Assembly (NCBI RefSeq): GCF_009914755.1
Contig: NC_060927.1
From: the human T2T-CHM13v2.0 reference genome, Homo sapiens
Reading direction: 5' to 3' (one strand)
DNA length: 64,000 bases
Shown: piece after piece, positions 13,411 through 26,247 of the stretch
Position numbering within the stretch: position 1 is the stretch's first letter
Layout: each line of letters starts with the position of its first letter
The notes under the pieces: model-generated
Told to the model about the DNA's origin: nothing
What the model saw: only the letters and a program-made list of their open reading frames with translations
Databases searched by the model: none
Made by a program: the position numbers and the translations under genes

Positions 13411-15080
13411 ATTAGATAAGTCACAATTGTACACAGGATTGGAAATAGTGCCTACAAAGGAAGAAGAGTTTATGGAGTGGCATGAGTGATGGTCAACAGG
13501 ATTTTTGCTTTCTTTCTTCTCTCTCTCTCTCTTGCTCATATTATGTTCACAATGCCTACAATTTATTAATTTAACACACACTTATTGTGTACCTACTATG
13601 ACCAGTCACCACTGTTCTAGACATTTGAGTTTCATTCTTGCTCTATAATTAAGCAGTATATGAGATTGTTTCATTGGTACTCAAGCCACAATCAGGGAGT
13701 GAGCTGATGAGATCCTGGACTACCAAAGTCCTTTTGGGAATGCAGGGGAAAGAGAGGATGATATCCATCTAATATGCTTCTTGTGAAATGGAGTGTATGT
13801 GTCTCTCCCATAAGCCCCTCCATAGCAGCATTTGGTGAAGGTCTGCAGGGAAAAATCAGCCCATACATTCAGTCCCCAGGAGAAAGAACCATTTCCTGAA
13901 AACAAGGAAGATTGAGGGATTTTTAAAGAGCCTCTTCAGAGACGATTGTTCCTGCGTGACTATAATATGACTATTTATTCATACAATACTTTCCATAGAT
14001 TCTGATTTTATGCTGCCATAAAGTAAAATTTTCAGAAACTTGGTGGTGGGTAACATAATGCTATCAATGACACTATTAATTAATGAAGAATTCTACTTAG
14101 TGAGGGTGAGCATCATATTCTTCTGAAAATGAATCTTGAGAGCTTCCTTGATTATACTGTGATTCTGCTTCCATTATCATTTAGAGATTGGGACATGAGA
14201 TGAGACTGGTGATTATAATGATTTAAGAGGAGAAATAATATGTCAGAACTATGGGAGATTCTATAATTTCATGGTCTATAGCATAAAAAAATACATCACA
14301 TCACTACATCTGGGTGTGTTAAATTTTAATATTGGCTGTTGTCATACTTTTCACAATATACCTGATTGCAAGTTTATCCTGAACTCTCCTGATATCAGTG
14401 ATATATCTATTGCAGTTACTAATGAAGAAAAGAGAATGTAATAGACTTTTATTGGAAATTTCTTTAGGGTCTAGGCCATAATGGCATATATCAGGGGGAG
14501 GAGAAATTTTTCATTACGTATTTCCTAGGGATTCTTCATAATTTCACCTAGCAACATTACAGACCCTAGACCCATGGGTGCTTCAGCTGGTGCCGACTGG
14601 AATTGCTCCGCTCTGCAATGCAGTTAGCCATATGGAGAACATTATACCTCCAATCTGAAACCTGCAATAAAGATCTTTTTGCTTTCTGGAGCAATTTTGG
14701 GTTCTGAAATTTTAGTCTTTAATTTGGGTCCATAACATCTTTAGAAGCAAGAATTTTTAAGTATCCCAATATCTGTTCCTGAGATTGTGTGTGGGTGACT
14801 TGAAGATTTTGGGTTTTGATGCTTGAAACCTTCATCATTAAAATGAAACATGAAATAATTCAGATGCTTTCCAGTCAAGAGAAATTTGGCATCATGATGA
14901 GTAGTCAACCAACAGAGTAACTGAATTTTCAGTTTCTATCTGAATATATTTATATTTTTTATAAATAGATAAGAAAGTCTAAGGAATATAAGTACCAGAT
15001 TATTTTCCTCAGGCATCAGATATCTTAAGAAGTGAGGTTAAATAAATTTTAAGTTTTTTACTTTCAACTTCTAAAAATCA

Positions 15081-15211
15081 CATTTCATTGAATCTAAGAC
15101 GCGCTGATTTTTATAATGCACCATTATTTTATCTACAACTATGAACTGTAATTTTAAGACTAATCCCAATTTTGAGAAAGGAAGAAAAAAAATCTTAGAA
15201 TCAATAAAACT
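15081..15211. mobile_element. Small Tigger-type (TcMar) MITE remnant
   Basis: Imperfect terminal inverted repeats tttcattgaatctaaga (15083-15099) / tcttagaatcaataaaa (15193-15209). Confidence 0.55.
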
Positions 15212-15486
15212 TGTAAATCACAAAGCAATGTATCTTGAAAAAAAGCAAACAACACACAAATATGGAAGTATTATCTACTCCCATTGGAAAGCTCTATAAA
15301 TAATGTGTTCTGCATCCCCCATAATTGTGTAAACAGTTCTTTACAAGATAAAATTATTCAATATATTTTGTATTGCAACTGACTTTTATCATTCAACAAT
15401 ATATTAGGGACACTCTGCCGTAACAGTTATCTCATTTTAAAAAATAACTAAAATAATATTTAGAAGTGTCTTTTCTGTCTTTGGGT

Positions 15487-15746
15487 CAGAAGTTCTAAAC
15501 TGTGGGCCACAACCCACTGTTTTAAATATCAATACATTTCATATACATTTCTGGTTTCCAGTTTCCCTTGAAAATCAGGCAAGGGCTACACTTTCATATG
15601 GTGACAGTTGGCTATAGGCAACTAATGACTGTTCCTCTAGTTGGAGGACATCCCTTTAGCCCCCCAGTTCACCATGTTTCCCATAGCTTTCTGCTCTCAT
15701 TACATTTCTACCTAGCCCCCCACTGGTTTTAAGGTTTGCAACCCCT
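15487..15746. mobile_element. hAT-Charlie MITE (MER102-like)
   Basis: cagaagttctaaactgtgggcc ... tttccagtttcccttgaaaatcag ... gtttgcaacccct. Confidence 0.55.
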
Positions 15747-17269
15747 AAGTGAAACATTTGGAAAAAAACTTAATATAGGAAATCAGGAAGACCTTGTTGT
15801 TGCATTCCAAGTTCGCTTAAAATTTTACTTAATTTTTCACTGTCTACCACTTCCACCATCTAGTTTTTACTCCTGCAACATTTACATATCTGATTCAAAC
15901 TTTGTTCAATTCTCCTACTTCCTTAAAGCTGCAATGAGAGGAGTTACCAGTACCATTTTATTGGTATCATTTGTTTTATGATTTTTTTCTATCACGTGCA
16001 TTTCATTTGACTCTCAGAGACCCAATTACATTTTCACATTGGTAGTTTTTTATGAAACCTCATTTCTGATGATCTGTCATAGTCCACCCAAAATGGAAAC
16101 ATTTCCTTTGTATTGGTAGCTATGTCAACATTGTTCCTGAAGCCCAACTTGGCCACTTCTTTAGTCATTGTTTCCCTAGAGCCTATCCTTTTGTCACCAC
16201 CATTTCTTTAGTTGGGAAAAAAAATTGTGGAAATGTCTGAATAGAGAGAGATCTGGTGTTTCATTTGCTGATGTGGCCCATTTTCTAGTGTTACAATTGG
16301 TATAGAACTATATTGGTTGGTAGTACTAAACAAAAAATTTCAATTCTTCTTAATAGACTTCTTATAACTATTTCACCACTTAAACTGATTTCTTGGAGAC
16401 ATTCTTAGTAAAACCAATGTGCCACTATTTTCTTGAATTTGTATATTCTACAAAATAAAATAAATTTCCGTAAAATAATTTAAATGTAATCTTTATATTT
16501 CTGGAAGACATCCTGACATATTTCTATTCTGCTTCAAACCTAAAGTAGAAAAATAAAATGCACAACATTGAATTATCAAAATTGTGTGAATATCAAAGAA
16601 TGAATATCATAAATTTATTCCAGAGTACTTGTTTATATATGTCACAACTAGATAAAAGGCTCTTTCTGTGCCACTTTTCTCTCTGTCTCTGTCTCTTTCT
16701 CTTTTTTCTTTGACTGTATATAATGTCATGTCAGTTGTGATAGCCAGCAAGTATTGTTTCCCCTGAGGAATGATATGGTAGGACTAAAAAGGGACAACTT
16801 ACATTAAGGGGCTTAAACTGTAATGGCGTTATCTCTTGAAAACACCCAAGTCTCTTAGGTAGACTTCTTCCCTTGGGGAGGAAAGAAAGAAAGCAGAGAG
16901 CCTCCTTGGTAAGTTGCCATTAGATTGTGTCCTCTGCATTATAAATTAGATGCAAAGATGTATAAACTAGGAAGTTTTCCAGACTTACTCTTAAAGAAGT
17001 ATTGGCATTTCCCAAGACTTCCATGAAAGCAAGATTCTTTGGACTATCACAAAGCTCAATGCCAGCATGAAAATTCTGTGTGCTCTGTGAGTGTGTTGAG
17101 TAATGGGCAGTCAGGAATAGAGCCAATTGTGTGGAAGCCATTGGATGCACGTGCATTTCAGAGTCATTCAGCTATCATTGCCTTTCTTAGGTGGGCCAAA
17201 AATTTAAGACATGGAGTAATATTATCTCACTCTGATTAGATATCGTAATTCTGATGACAATTTCTAAAT

Positions 17270-18250
17270 TTTCTAAATTTCTGATTATAAAAATATACAA
17301 TATAGAAAATCTTAAAAATATGGAAAAATAGAAAATAAAGTTCCCATAATGCTAATATTCAGAGACAGTCTCTGTTAATATTTTTATGTGTGTTAATTCT
17401 AGGTGAGGGGAGGTTTTTTTTGACATATTTAAAATGTTTGAAATTATACCATATATAAATACTATACCCTGCTCTTTTCAATCAATTTATAACATACACA
17501 CACACTCATGTATATGTATGTGTACATACATATACATACACATATATATATCTGTACATATGCTTATGTACATACATACACACATATGTGTATGTGTATA
17601 TGTGTGTGTATATATGTGTATGTGTTTATACATATATATACACACATATATATGTCTGTGTATATATGTCTATATCTGTATATATGTATATACATATGTG
17701 TACACATATATACGCATCACATACCAGAGCCATCTTCCCTAGCTTGTTGAATGCACACATACTGTATGTTGTATATACACACATCTGTACAACATATAGC
17801 AGAGCCATCTTTCCTAGCTTGTTGAAAATTCCTGAAAGCATAATTTAATGACATTATTGTGCAACTGTCCATTGTGTCAACATAATAACACTTGTAAACC
17901 ATTCTCCTATTTTTGGTCATTTAGTTTGTTTTTATTTTTTTGCTGTTATAAATAACCACATTACAAAGCAATTGTAGTGATTCTTGGTGAATGAAATGAG
18001 TGGGTAAAAGGTATGAAATGTTTAAAGACTCAATAGACATATTGTCAAATTATTTGACTAAACTATTATTACCATCTTACCTGCATTGAATGAGTCCCAA
18101 TTTCAAACCAGTCTCATTGGCACTGGGTAACCTTATTTTCTAAATGGTCCTTTTAATAAATTAAATTTAAAAAATGTTATCTTTTGTTGTTTGAAAGTAC
18201 ATTTCTTTTTTCATGGTGAGGGTGAATATTTTTCCATGTAAGTATTTGCT
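17270..18250 (-). mobile_element. Old L1ME-like 3' end, interrupted by a low-complexity tract
   Basis: aaccattctcctatttttggtcatttagtttgttttt...tgctgttataaataac; agacatattgtcaaatt. Confidence 0.6.
17490..17715. repeat. Compound (TA/CA/TG)n low-complexity microsatellite
   Basis: Direct reading; source of the Y/I/H/C/V-rich ORFs. Confidence 0.95.
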
Positions 18251-18359
18251 TTTGTAAGAATCACTGAATTGCTACAAGACAACATTACACAGAGAATGTT
18301 GTCTATGCCTATTTGAACATCAGGCTAATTTTTTTTAAAAGTGCTTTTCAGTTTATAAA

Positions 18360-18520
18360 CTGCTGTCACGTACATAATTACCTCATTGGATTCTGACAAC
18401 AACCTTTTGAGATAGGAAAGAACAGGTATTATTTTCCTATTTAAAAATGAGGCAGGTGAAGTTCAGAGAAAATCAGGAACTAGCCCAAGTTAATCTAGTT
18501 AGCAAGCAGAAGAGGGACTT
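18360..18520 (-). mobile_element. MIR
   Basis: aacaaccttttgagatagg...ggtattattttcctatttaaaaatgagg...gttcagaga. Confidence 0.7.
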
Positions 18521-19364
18521 TTGTTTTGTTTTGCTATTGAATCAGAGGATTTCAACAAAAACCGGAATTTATGTGAAGTGAGGTCCAATTAAGGCAAAAT
18601 GGAAGAAAGTAAAGTAGGAACAACTATGTAATTCCCTTCTTTAGCTCTCTATAATAGAACATAAGGCATCAAGAAAAGGAAGGTATCATTTTTTATATGG
18701 TGTCTAAGACACTCCAATTCTGAATCAGGATAAATATTTAGCAAGAGAAAGAAAATGTGAGCTGAAGGGCTGTTTTTCAGACTGTTGCCTCAGAAAATGT
18801 TAATCTTTAGCACTCATGAGCTTAAATATAAGAGGACAAAAAGAAGTACTTAAGAGGTGTGCAGAGGACTGGCAATATTTTTGAGGCAATATTTTTCAAG
18901 AGGCCATGGCCAATTAAGTAGTGTCGAGTGTATGTTCACAGCAAAGGGTTTGCTTCTCCTTCTTTATTGCACAAACGCTAATTGCAAAAAGTAACCACTT
19001 CTTCCAAGATGCTGATTTTGGGGAAAATATGGCATACAAATGTCTGCAGTGGGCAAGTGCTCTGTTTTGATTATGTAATCTCATTAGAAACATTGGACTA
19101 GATATCCTTTATTTGAGTCTTCCCATTGATGAGAAATCACACAACTTTCTAAAAAATGAACCTCTGAGCTTTTTGTTCTTAATCAATTCCATCCATTTTT
19201 ATCGATTACAAAATTTGCATAGGCACAGTATAATTTTTACACCAATGGTACATGTATTTTGGCACAATGTGACCACATATAAGCTATATAATAACCAGGT
19301 GGAACTGGAACTTAGGTATTATATGTGCTATCATTTGGTGCCATCTCACTTGAGAAGTAGCAGT

Positions 19365-19860
19365 TGTATCAGTTAGGATCCTTCATTTCAAGCAATAGAA
19401 GCTGATGCTGGTAATCTTTGGCAAACAGAATTTATTGGCAGGCTCTAAGGGGCTCACAAAATTAATCAAATCCTGGGAGGCCATTCTTTGAATACAGGCA
19501 TAAATCTGCAACGTTCTAAATGACACTATAGCAAGAACTACAGAAAAATATTCACATCAAAAAACTAATCAGACCTGCCCAACACAGTTACAAATATGAT
19601 CCCAAGCATCCCCACATCCTGTGTCACTAATTTTGAACTCAAAATCTAGAAGGAGAGGCTTCTAGTTAGTTAAGATTATATGTGCCTATTACCTCAAAGT
19701 AGGAAGAGAGACCTGTTCAATTTTGTGGTCAGCAGCAGCTATTAGTTTACAAAAACTATACATAATTTGGAATTACCCAAAAAGGGGACAAAGGAATTTC
19801 TTCATAGGGCAAGACGAAATTCAACATTAAAAATATGGAAATTAAATGAGAGTCTATGTA
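19365..19860 (-). mobile_element. MLT1-type MaLR LTR (old)
   Basis: tgtatcagttaggatccttc...gaatttattggcaggctctaaggggctcaca. Confidence 0.55.
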
Positions 19861-20254
19861 ACTAGGAACGTTGAGACTACCAGCCATCTCCTCAAGCCCT
19901 CTTCCTACACTTAACCAGCACAAAGTGGGCAGGCGGTTGTATATCTTACATGCTGGGTATGGGAGGATTTTTCTATAGTGAATCCAACCAGCCCAAAAGC
20001 ACCAACCTTAAAAACACTGACACTGGGGTTTTCCCGATGAACCAGCCTAGCTATATCACCTTGCGGTGAGATGCAATGTCCATAGACAACCACTCATGCA
20101 CATAGAGCTTTTCATCAGCTTTTTAGCCTCCCACTCTTAAGAATATAAGCAGACAAGCAGAGACTGCCAGATATCTTAGCAAAGCCTCCAACATGAAAGG
20201 CAATTGCCTCAACATATAAATAGAAAAAAGCAAACTGCTGGGAGCGTGGATATA

Positions 20255-20259
<5 letters not shown>

Positions 20260-20297
<38 letters not shown>
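20260..20297. repeat. (TA)n microsatellite within an L1 ORF1-region remnant (~20130-20990, +)
   Basis: Direct reading; flanks such as ccacaccaaagtacattattacaaaatctcagaa are L1 ORF1-like. Confidence 0.9.
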
Positions 20298-20301
<4 letters not shown>

Positions 20302-21032
20302 AGTGTCCTCAGAGATAAGCGATAATATTACATCAGTGACACAAGAAGAGACATTTAGATAACAAAAATAAAGGTCTTAGCAATTAAAAATAGAATCAAA
20401 TAAATACAAATCTCATAGAAGGATGGGGTTACAGGATTGAGAAAATCTCTCAGAAATCGGTGCAAAAAGACATAGAGCTGGACTGTGGGAGGGAAAGGAT
20501 AAGATAATCGGAAGATCTTTCCAAGCACTTCAACATCCAGATGCCCTTTGCAGAAAGAAAAGTCATTAGATTCCAAATTAAAGATGCCAAAGGACAACCA
20601 TCCACTCAGCACAATGGATGAAATTGAACCACACCAAAGTACATTATTACAAAATCTCAGAATCCTGGGACAAGAGGAGAAATCTTAAAAACTAACGGAG
20701 AGAAAAAAAATCAGGTCGCAGCAAAAGATCAAGAATCTGAATACCAGTGAATATATCAAGAGTAACTAAGAGATAGTGTGAAATGATAAATCAAGAATTA
20801 AAATACATGTCTATATTTTAGAGACATGGAGATAAATTCAAAAAAGTAAAAGAGCTGAAAGTTGTTGCATCAGGGAGATTGAAAAAGCTATGGGAGTGTG
20901 GATGGCAGGTTTTTTTTAAATAATAAAATTTACATAAACCATTTACTTTTCGGACTATAAGCATATATATAACTTCAAATGAATAAAGGTTAGGAACAAA
21001 TTGATAGCTCTCCAATAAGCAGAAAGAGATAG

Positions 21033-21034
21033 GA

Positions 21035-21102
<68 letters not shown>

Positions 21103-21116
21103 AAAGAAAGAAAGAA
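21033..21116. repeat. (GAAA)n tetranucleotide STR
   Basis: About 20 units, mostly uninterrupted. Confidence 0.97.
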
Positions 21117-21599
21117 TAACTAGTTTATTTAGTATATGTACAGATGCATATTCTCTACACCAGAAAATGAGTTGGTGACATACTATCTGAAAGTGTCTGA
21201 AAACCAACTCAAAGTAACATAACAAAATTGGAGATGGACTTTGGTGACTCTCATAGATAGAAGCATGCTGGGGCAGCTTAGACTATCAAAGCCAGAGCTA
21301 CAAGAACTGAGACTTCATAATTTTGCTTGCCTCTATTTTTGCTTGGCTGCATTTGCAAAGAGAAGCATTCCTCATAAAGCATTTCAGAAGGCCACTAGAA
21401 GCCCACATTTATATTTTTCCAACTTTAGCAATCTAAGTGGAATGAGTTCTTCTTTATCCCAGTATTCTTACATTTGATTGGGTAAGATAATTGGGTCTAA
21501 CCTAAACAGAGCTCTAAGAATGGCCGGGCCTGAATCAGATGCCCATCCCATTGGCCAGATTTGGCAAAGGTGCAAGGCATAGCGTTATGATTGACTGTC

Positions 21600-22100
21600 T
21601 TTCCTTCTCCCCCACCTCACATCTTCTCATCTCAACTTTTATGACAACCATGGCTAGAATGACTAGTTTCATGCAGTTATAACCTGTGACAATGTTGCTT
21701 CAGCTGATCTCCTTCCTTCTGCTCTGAGGCTTTCACACCTTGGCATGGAAATATCTTTGGGGAAACCCCTGCTGCAAAACCCAGAAGTTTTTAAGAGTTA
21801 AGAGACTTAACACGCCATGGGGTAACTCTTGATCAATGAGACATGGGAGTCAGTGAATAAATGGTGTTCTCTTCTGTCACTCAGGCAAAACTTCTGAGAT
21901 GCCATTTCCATGGCCCCTCAGAAGATCGCAGTGAGATTAGCACCAGCTGCCTTTGATAGTGACTCAAGGACACACCCTTACATTGACTTTCCGCCTATGC
22001 TTCTTCCACTTAACTCTCAACTCTTCTTCCCTAAAATCACTTTCTTCATTCAGGCTCTTATCTCAGGTATTTCTTTCTGGGGAGAATCCACACTAAGCCA
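21600..22100 (+). mobile_element. LTR16-type ERV-L LTR
   Basis: ggggtaactcttgatcaatgagacatggga...ctcaggtatttctttctggggagaatccacactaagcca. Confidence 0.65.
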
Positions 22101-22565
22101 TGAGTTTTCTCAAAGGAATACAGATAACTTGTTAGACAAAAAATAACATATCTATCTTAGATACCATAAGCCAATGATCTCAGGCACTTCATCAGTGGCT
22201 TGCGAATAACTTGAACTTGTCATTTCAGAAGATGTAAAATTTGAGTTTAGCCTCACAATAATTTATTTTCATATGGACTGATTCTCCCAATAAATCCTGG
22301 TTAAATAGAAGGCCAACTATTAGGACGAGGACAAATTGGACAAACATATATGAAAATCACTTCTGTATATACTGTAAAGCAACAGAAATGACTTGTAGTG
22401 TGATGGGAGCTCTCCAGCTATTGGGCAATTGATGTGAGATAGTCTTACGAAAGGAGCATGTTAAAGTGATAGTAAATGTGGTTGTTAATTTATACAACCT
22501 AATTAAAGCCTGAACCAATGTTTTAAACAAGGTTTTGGGTTACTATATTCAACGTTAAAGAATAC

Positions 22566-22816
22566 AGCTAGGCATGGTGGCTCATCCCTGCAATCCCAGA
22601 ACTTTGAGAAGCCTGAGCCCAGTAGTAAGGGACCAGACTGAGCAACATAATGAGATCTAGTCTCTACAAAAAATAAAAGTTAGCCAGGCATTGTGGTGCA
22701 TGCCTGCAGTCCCAGCTACTCGGGAAGCTGAGTTGGGAGGATTGCTTGAGCCTGGGAGGTCAGGGCTGCAGTGAGCCGTGATCACACCATTGTCTGGGTA
22801 ACAGAGCTAGACCTTG

Positions 22817-22861
<45 letters not shown>
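22566..22861 (+). mobile_element. AluJ whose tail is a (TC)n(CA)n microsatellite
   Basis: gggaggattgcttgagcctgggaggtcagggctgcagtgagccgtgatc is AluJ-like; tail 22817-22861. Confidence 0.92.
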
Positions 22862-22863
<2 letters not shown>

Positions 22864-23359
22864 GTAAAAAAGATAAAATATTTTGTGTTCTGAGGAATGT
22901 TTCTAAACTTGGCCCATTTAAACTATCATTTCTTTAAGAGGAATGGTTTAATTTCTTTATTGTTGTCCTACTTCAAAATGCTTTTCAAATGACTTATTTT
23001 ATTGATTAAACAAATTAAATTTTGGTTGTTATTCATAAAACACATATTGAAGCTATACATTGATCAAAAAATTTATTCTTTAAACTTTACCAAAGATGGT
23101 AGGGTAAATATGGCAATGTATATATTTAAAAAGGTATGTGATGATTATTTTAAACATCTATGCAAAACCATCTATATTCCCCATACTTTGTATTATAACT
23201 TTTCATATTTATATATTGTATTTCCCCATTAAATTGCAATGACCTTGAAGACAGACAGAGACTCTGAAACTTCTCTGCACCTTCGTTGGTTCCTAACAAT
23301 GAGCATTAAATGCAGAAGGTGAGAAACAAATGTTTCATTCACTGATTTCAATAATATAA

Positions 23360-23880
23360 TAACTATTTTTATTAAAGAATTAAATTACCCTTATTATAAA
23401 CAATACAAATAAGGAGAGAAGAAGTAAATAAAAAATTATTCACAATCCCACTATCTCTGCTGAGGGGTGAGCAGTAACCAATATTTGGTGTGTGTTCTTC
23501 TTGTTTTTCTTTTCTATTTTAAACACATACACAGATATGCACTAATTTAAATGACACCTATATATGCACATATATGAGGTCCTACTAAACATACTACTTT
23601 ACTATCCTGATTTTATCGCAGTCATTTTTTCATTACTTTATTAGATTTTATATTTAAAATTAAAAAATTAAACCTCCCTGTAATTAAATCAATTAGTATA
23701 GGAACATATAATGAAAAAGTATTGCCCCACCTTCCCCTAACCCACATCTCTGAAGTAAGCATTATTAACAGTTTGGTGTCTAGCCTTCTATGTCTTTTGC
23801 TCTGTGTTTCTACAAATATAAATAAACAGAAACATATAAACATGTATAAGGTTTTAATTTATAAACTGCATTTTCACACA
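23360..23880 (-). mobile_element. L1ME-like 3' fragments
   Basis: gaagtaagcattattaacagtttggtgtctagccttcta; cacaatcccactatct. Confidence 0.5.
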
Positions 23881-25899
23881 CCTTTTGGGAGCACAGTCAG
23901 AAAAAATGAATTAAGAAATGTCAGCATATTAGTCGTTTGGCTGTTAGGACTCGTGCATTAAAATAGAATTAAAGTTGATAAATACAATTTGATTTCTATT
24001 AGACTTCTTATTAAACTCCTTTTTATTAGTACTTAGTTCTGAATCAACATGGTCAGTCTGTTGTCCATCTTGGGAAACATCTCTGGTAAACATGGTTCCT
24101 ATGGAGACAAAGGATAAGCAAATGACTCCCTTTGCAATTTTCATTGGGGTCTCTACAGATGAATATCTATTAAATTCAATAATCACTCAACATTGACTAA
24201 AATTATCTCCTTTCAAGAGCCAAAGAAATATTTGTTGTTATCTTATTTAGTGTATAGAAAATTGGACTCACATTCTTTCCAACCTTCTCTTAAAAGGGCC
24301 CGTAGGAAAATAACTTGAAGATTAACTCAATAGCCATTGAGTTTATAGAATGAGACACCTATGAAATTATTAAAAACACTTAAATTCACAGAGTTGCTTT
24401 TCAAACTTACTTAAGTCTAATTAAATGGTTGTTTTCATCACTTCTTATAATTTATTTTACTCTAGATAAGAGGAAAATATATCAGTCTCCAAATAGTATT
24501 AAATATTTCCCTCATAATGTATGGTCAACAAAGTCCTGCTGAATTAATGAATTGTGTGGATGTTAGAAAGTAGAATTGTACTTGTCTAATTGTGGCATCA
24601 GTTGTCATGGAGACTATCAGCCAATCAGTGAATAAACGCCCTTATTTGGCAGTGTTTGGGTGAAGAAAGCTTTGTGCAGTTGTCAGCCTGAGATTTATGA
24701 TGGTAAAACTATATTTGGCAGGCAAATCAATGTGTTGACCACTGTTTGTGTTTCTGCCCTCATTTTATGTCACCCCCTTGTGATTCAACTAGAATATTAA
24801 GAGACCCTGGGTCTTTGGAGCAGTTTTGTTATTAATCGATCACTTTTATAAACTGTGTATGGGATGACTAGCTATTTGTGTACATACCCAACGAAGCCAA
24901 CCCCTGGTATGTCTTTGTCTTTGCAATTGCAAATGTCAGATCTTGAAAGCAAGTGGGTATTAGAGGATATCTTTTTATGTCTACTATTAAAACATGTTGA
25001 GTGATCTATAAATTACCCCACATAGATAAACAGTGGATTAAAATTAGGCACTTTCATTCTGTCATCACTATAATATTAATCATTGGAGTTTGGGTCTTTA
25101 ATGTTAATATATACCTTTTAGCAGTATATGTCACTACATATTAAATTACATGATAGCTGACAGACTTTTAAATCAAAACATTTTTTTCTCTTAATGTCAT
25201 AACATGATAAGAATTAGAGTAATTTTGGCTTACATAGAATATTGTTTAATCTTTTGCACATGCTGTTTTCTTTTGTTTATATTTGCAATAAACTAAGATA
25301 TTTTTATGAGTACCTATTCTTATTCACATACACACCAAAATAGGTGATCAACGTTTCACTTAATATACAAAGAGCTATGCAGAGTAATGCCCATAGCGCC
25401 AATGCTATTTTACCAATTTTTAGTAAAACAAAATTGTGGTAAAATATGAGATCTTCTAAGTTATGTGTTTTCTTTTACCAGAATAAATTGTTATCTGAAA
25501 ACACATTATTAGGATTATGATAAAATAGGTGACTTTTATGTCCTAATCAATCCAGAACAGAAAGGCTTACTATATATCCTCTGGTAAAGAGTGATTTAAT
25601 TTCTTATACTCATTACAAATTCTGAATATTTAGAGAGTATGAATAAATTGCATATAGTTAGTTGACATAAAATATATCCATTGAAGAATGGGCAGGTAGT
25701 GTTGCTTATATGATAGTTAGTGCTGAAAACAAAATTCCTTCTACAAGTCCCCTATCCTAATTTTCCCATCTGCTACTGCACAAATCCATTGCAGAAGCTG
25801 AATCTTGCATAGAGTAAGCACATAGTAAGATAATACTTTGCAAGCAAATGCACCAAACTTTCTTTACCTACTGCCCATTAGACTAAATAAAAAGTCGAT

Positions 25900-26075
25900 C
25901 CTTCCCCCATTGGACTGGGTTTCTATTGTAATTTTGTTGTGGTTATTATGCTTATATGTGTGTGTCCTCTGACTATAAGATCCACAAGGGTGGGAATCAT
26001 ATTCATCACTGTGTCTTTGGCACTTTGAACAAGGCTTGGCACACAATCAGTTCTCAAAAGTGTTTGAGTGAATAG
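25900..26075 (+). mobile_element. L2 3' end
   Basis: gactataagatccacaagggtggga...aaggcttggcacacaatcagttctcaaaagtgtttgagtgaat. Confidence 0.7.
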
Positions 26076-26111
26076 AGGTTAAACTGCTCTCTTAGATTTA
26101 TTGCTTTCTTA

Positions 26112-26247
26112 TCACGTGAGGCTGCAGCAAGAAGATGCCATCTATGAACCAGAACACAAGCCTTCACGAGACACTGAATCTGTTGGCGCTTTGATTGTGG
26201 ACTTTCCAGCCCCAAGAACTGTAAAAAAAATAAACTTTGTTGTTTAT
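26112..26247 (+). mobile_element. MLT1A-like LTR fragment
   Basis: gtgaggctgcagcaagaagatgccatctatgaaccag...ggactttccagccccaagaactgt. Confidence 0.75.

Noticed and set aside
17145-17156. Perfect palindrome atgcacgtgcat containing an E-box
   Set aside because: A 12-bp palindrome is expected by chance many times in 64 kb
17434-17920. Y/I/H/C-rich ORFs
   Set aside because: Dinucleotide microsatellite translations
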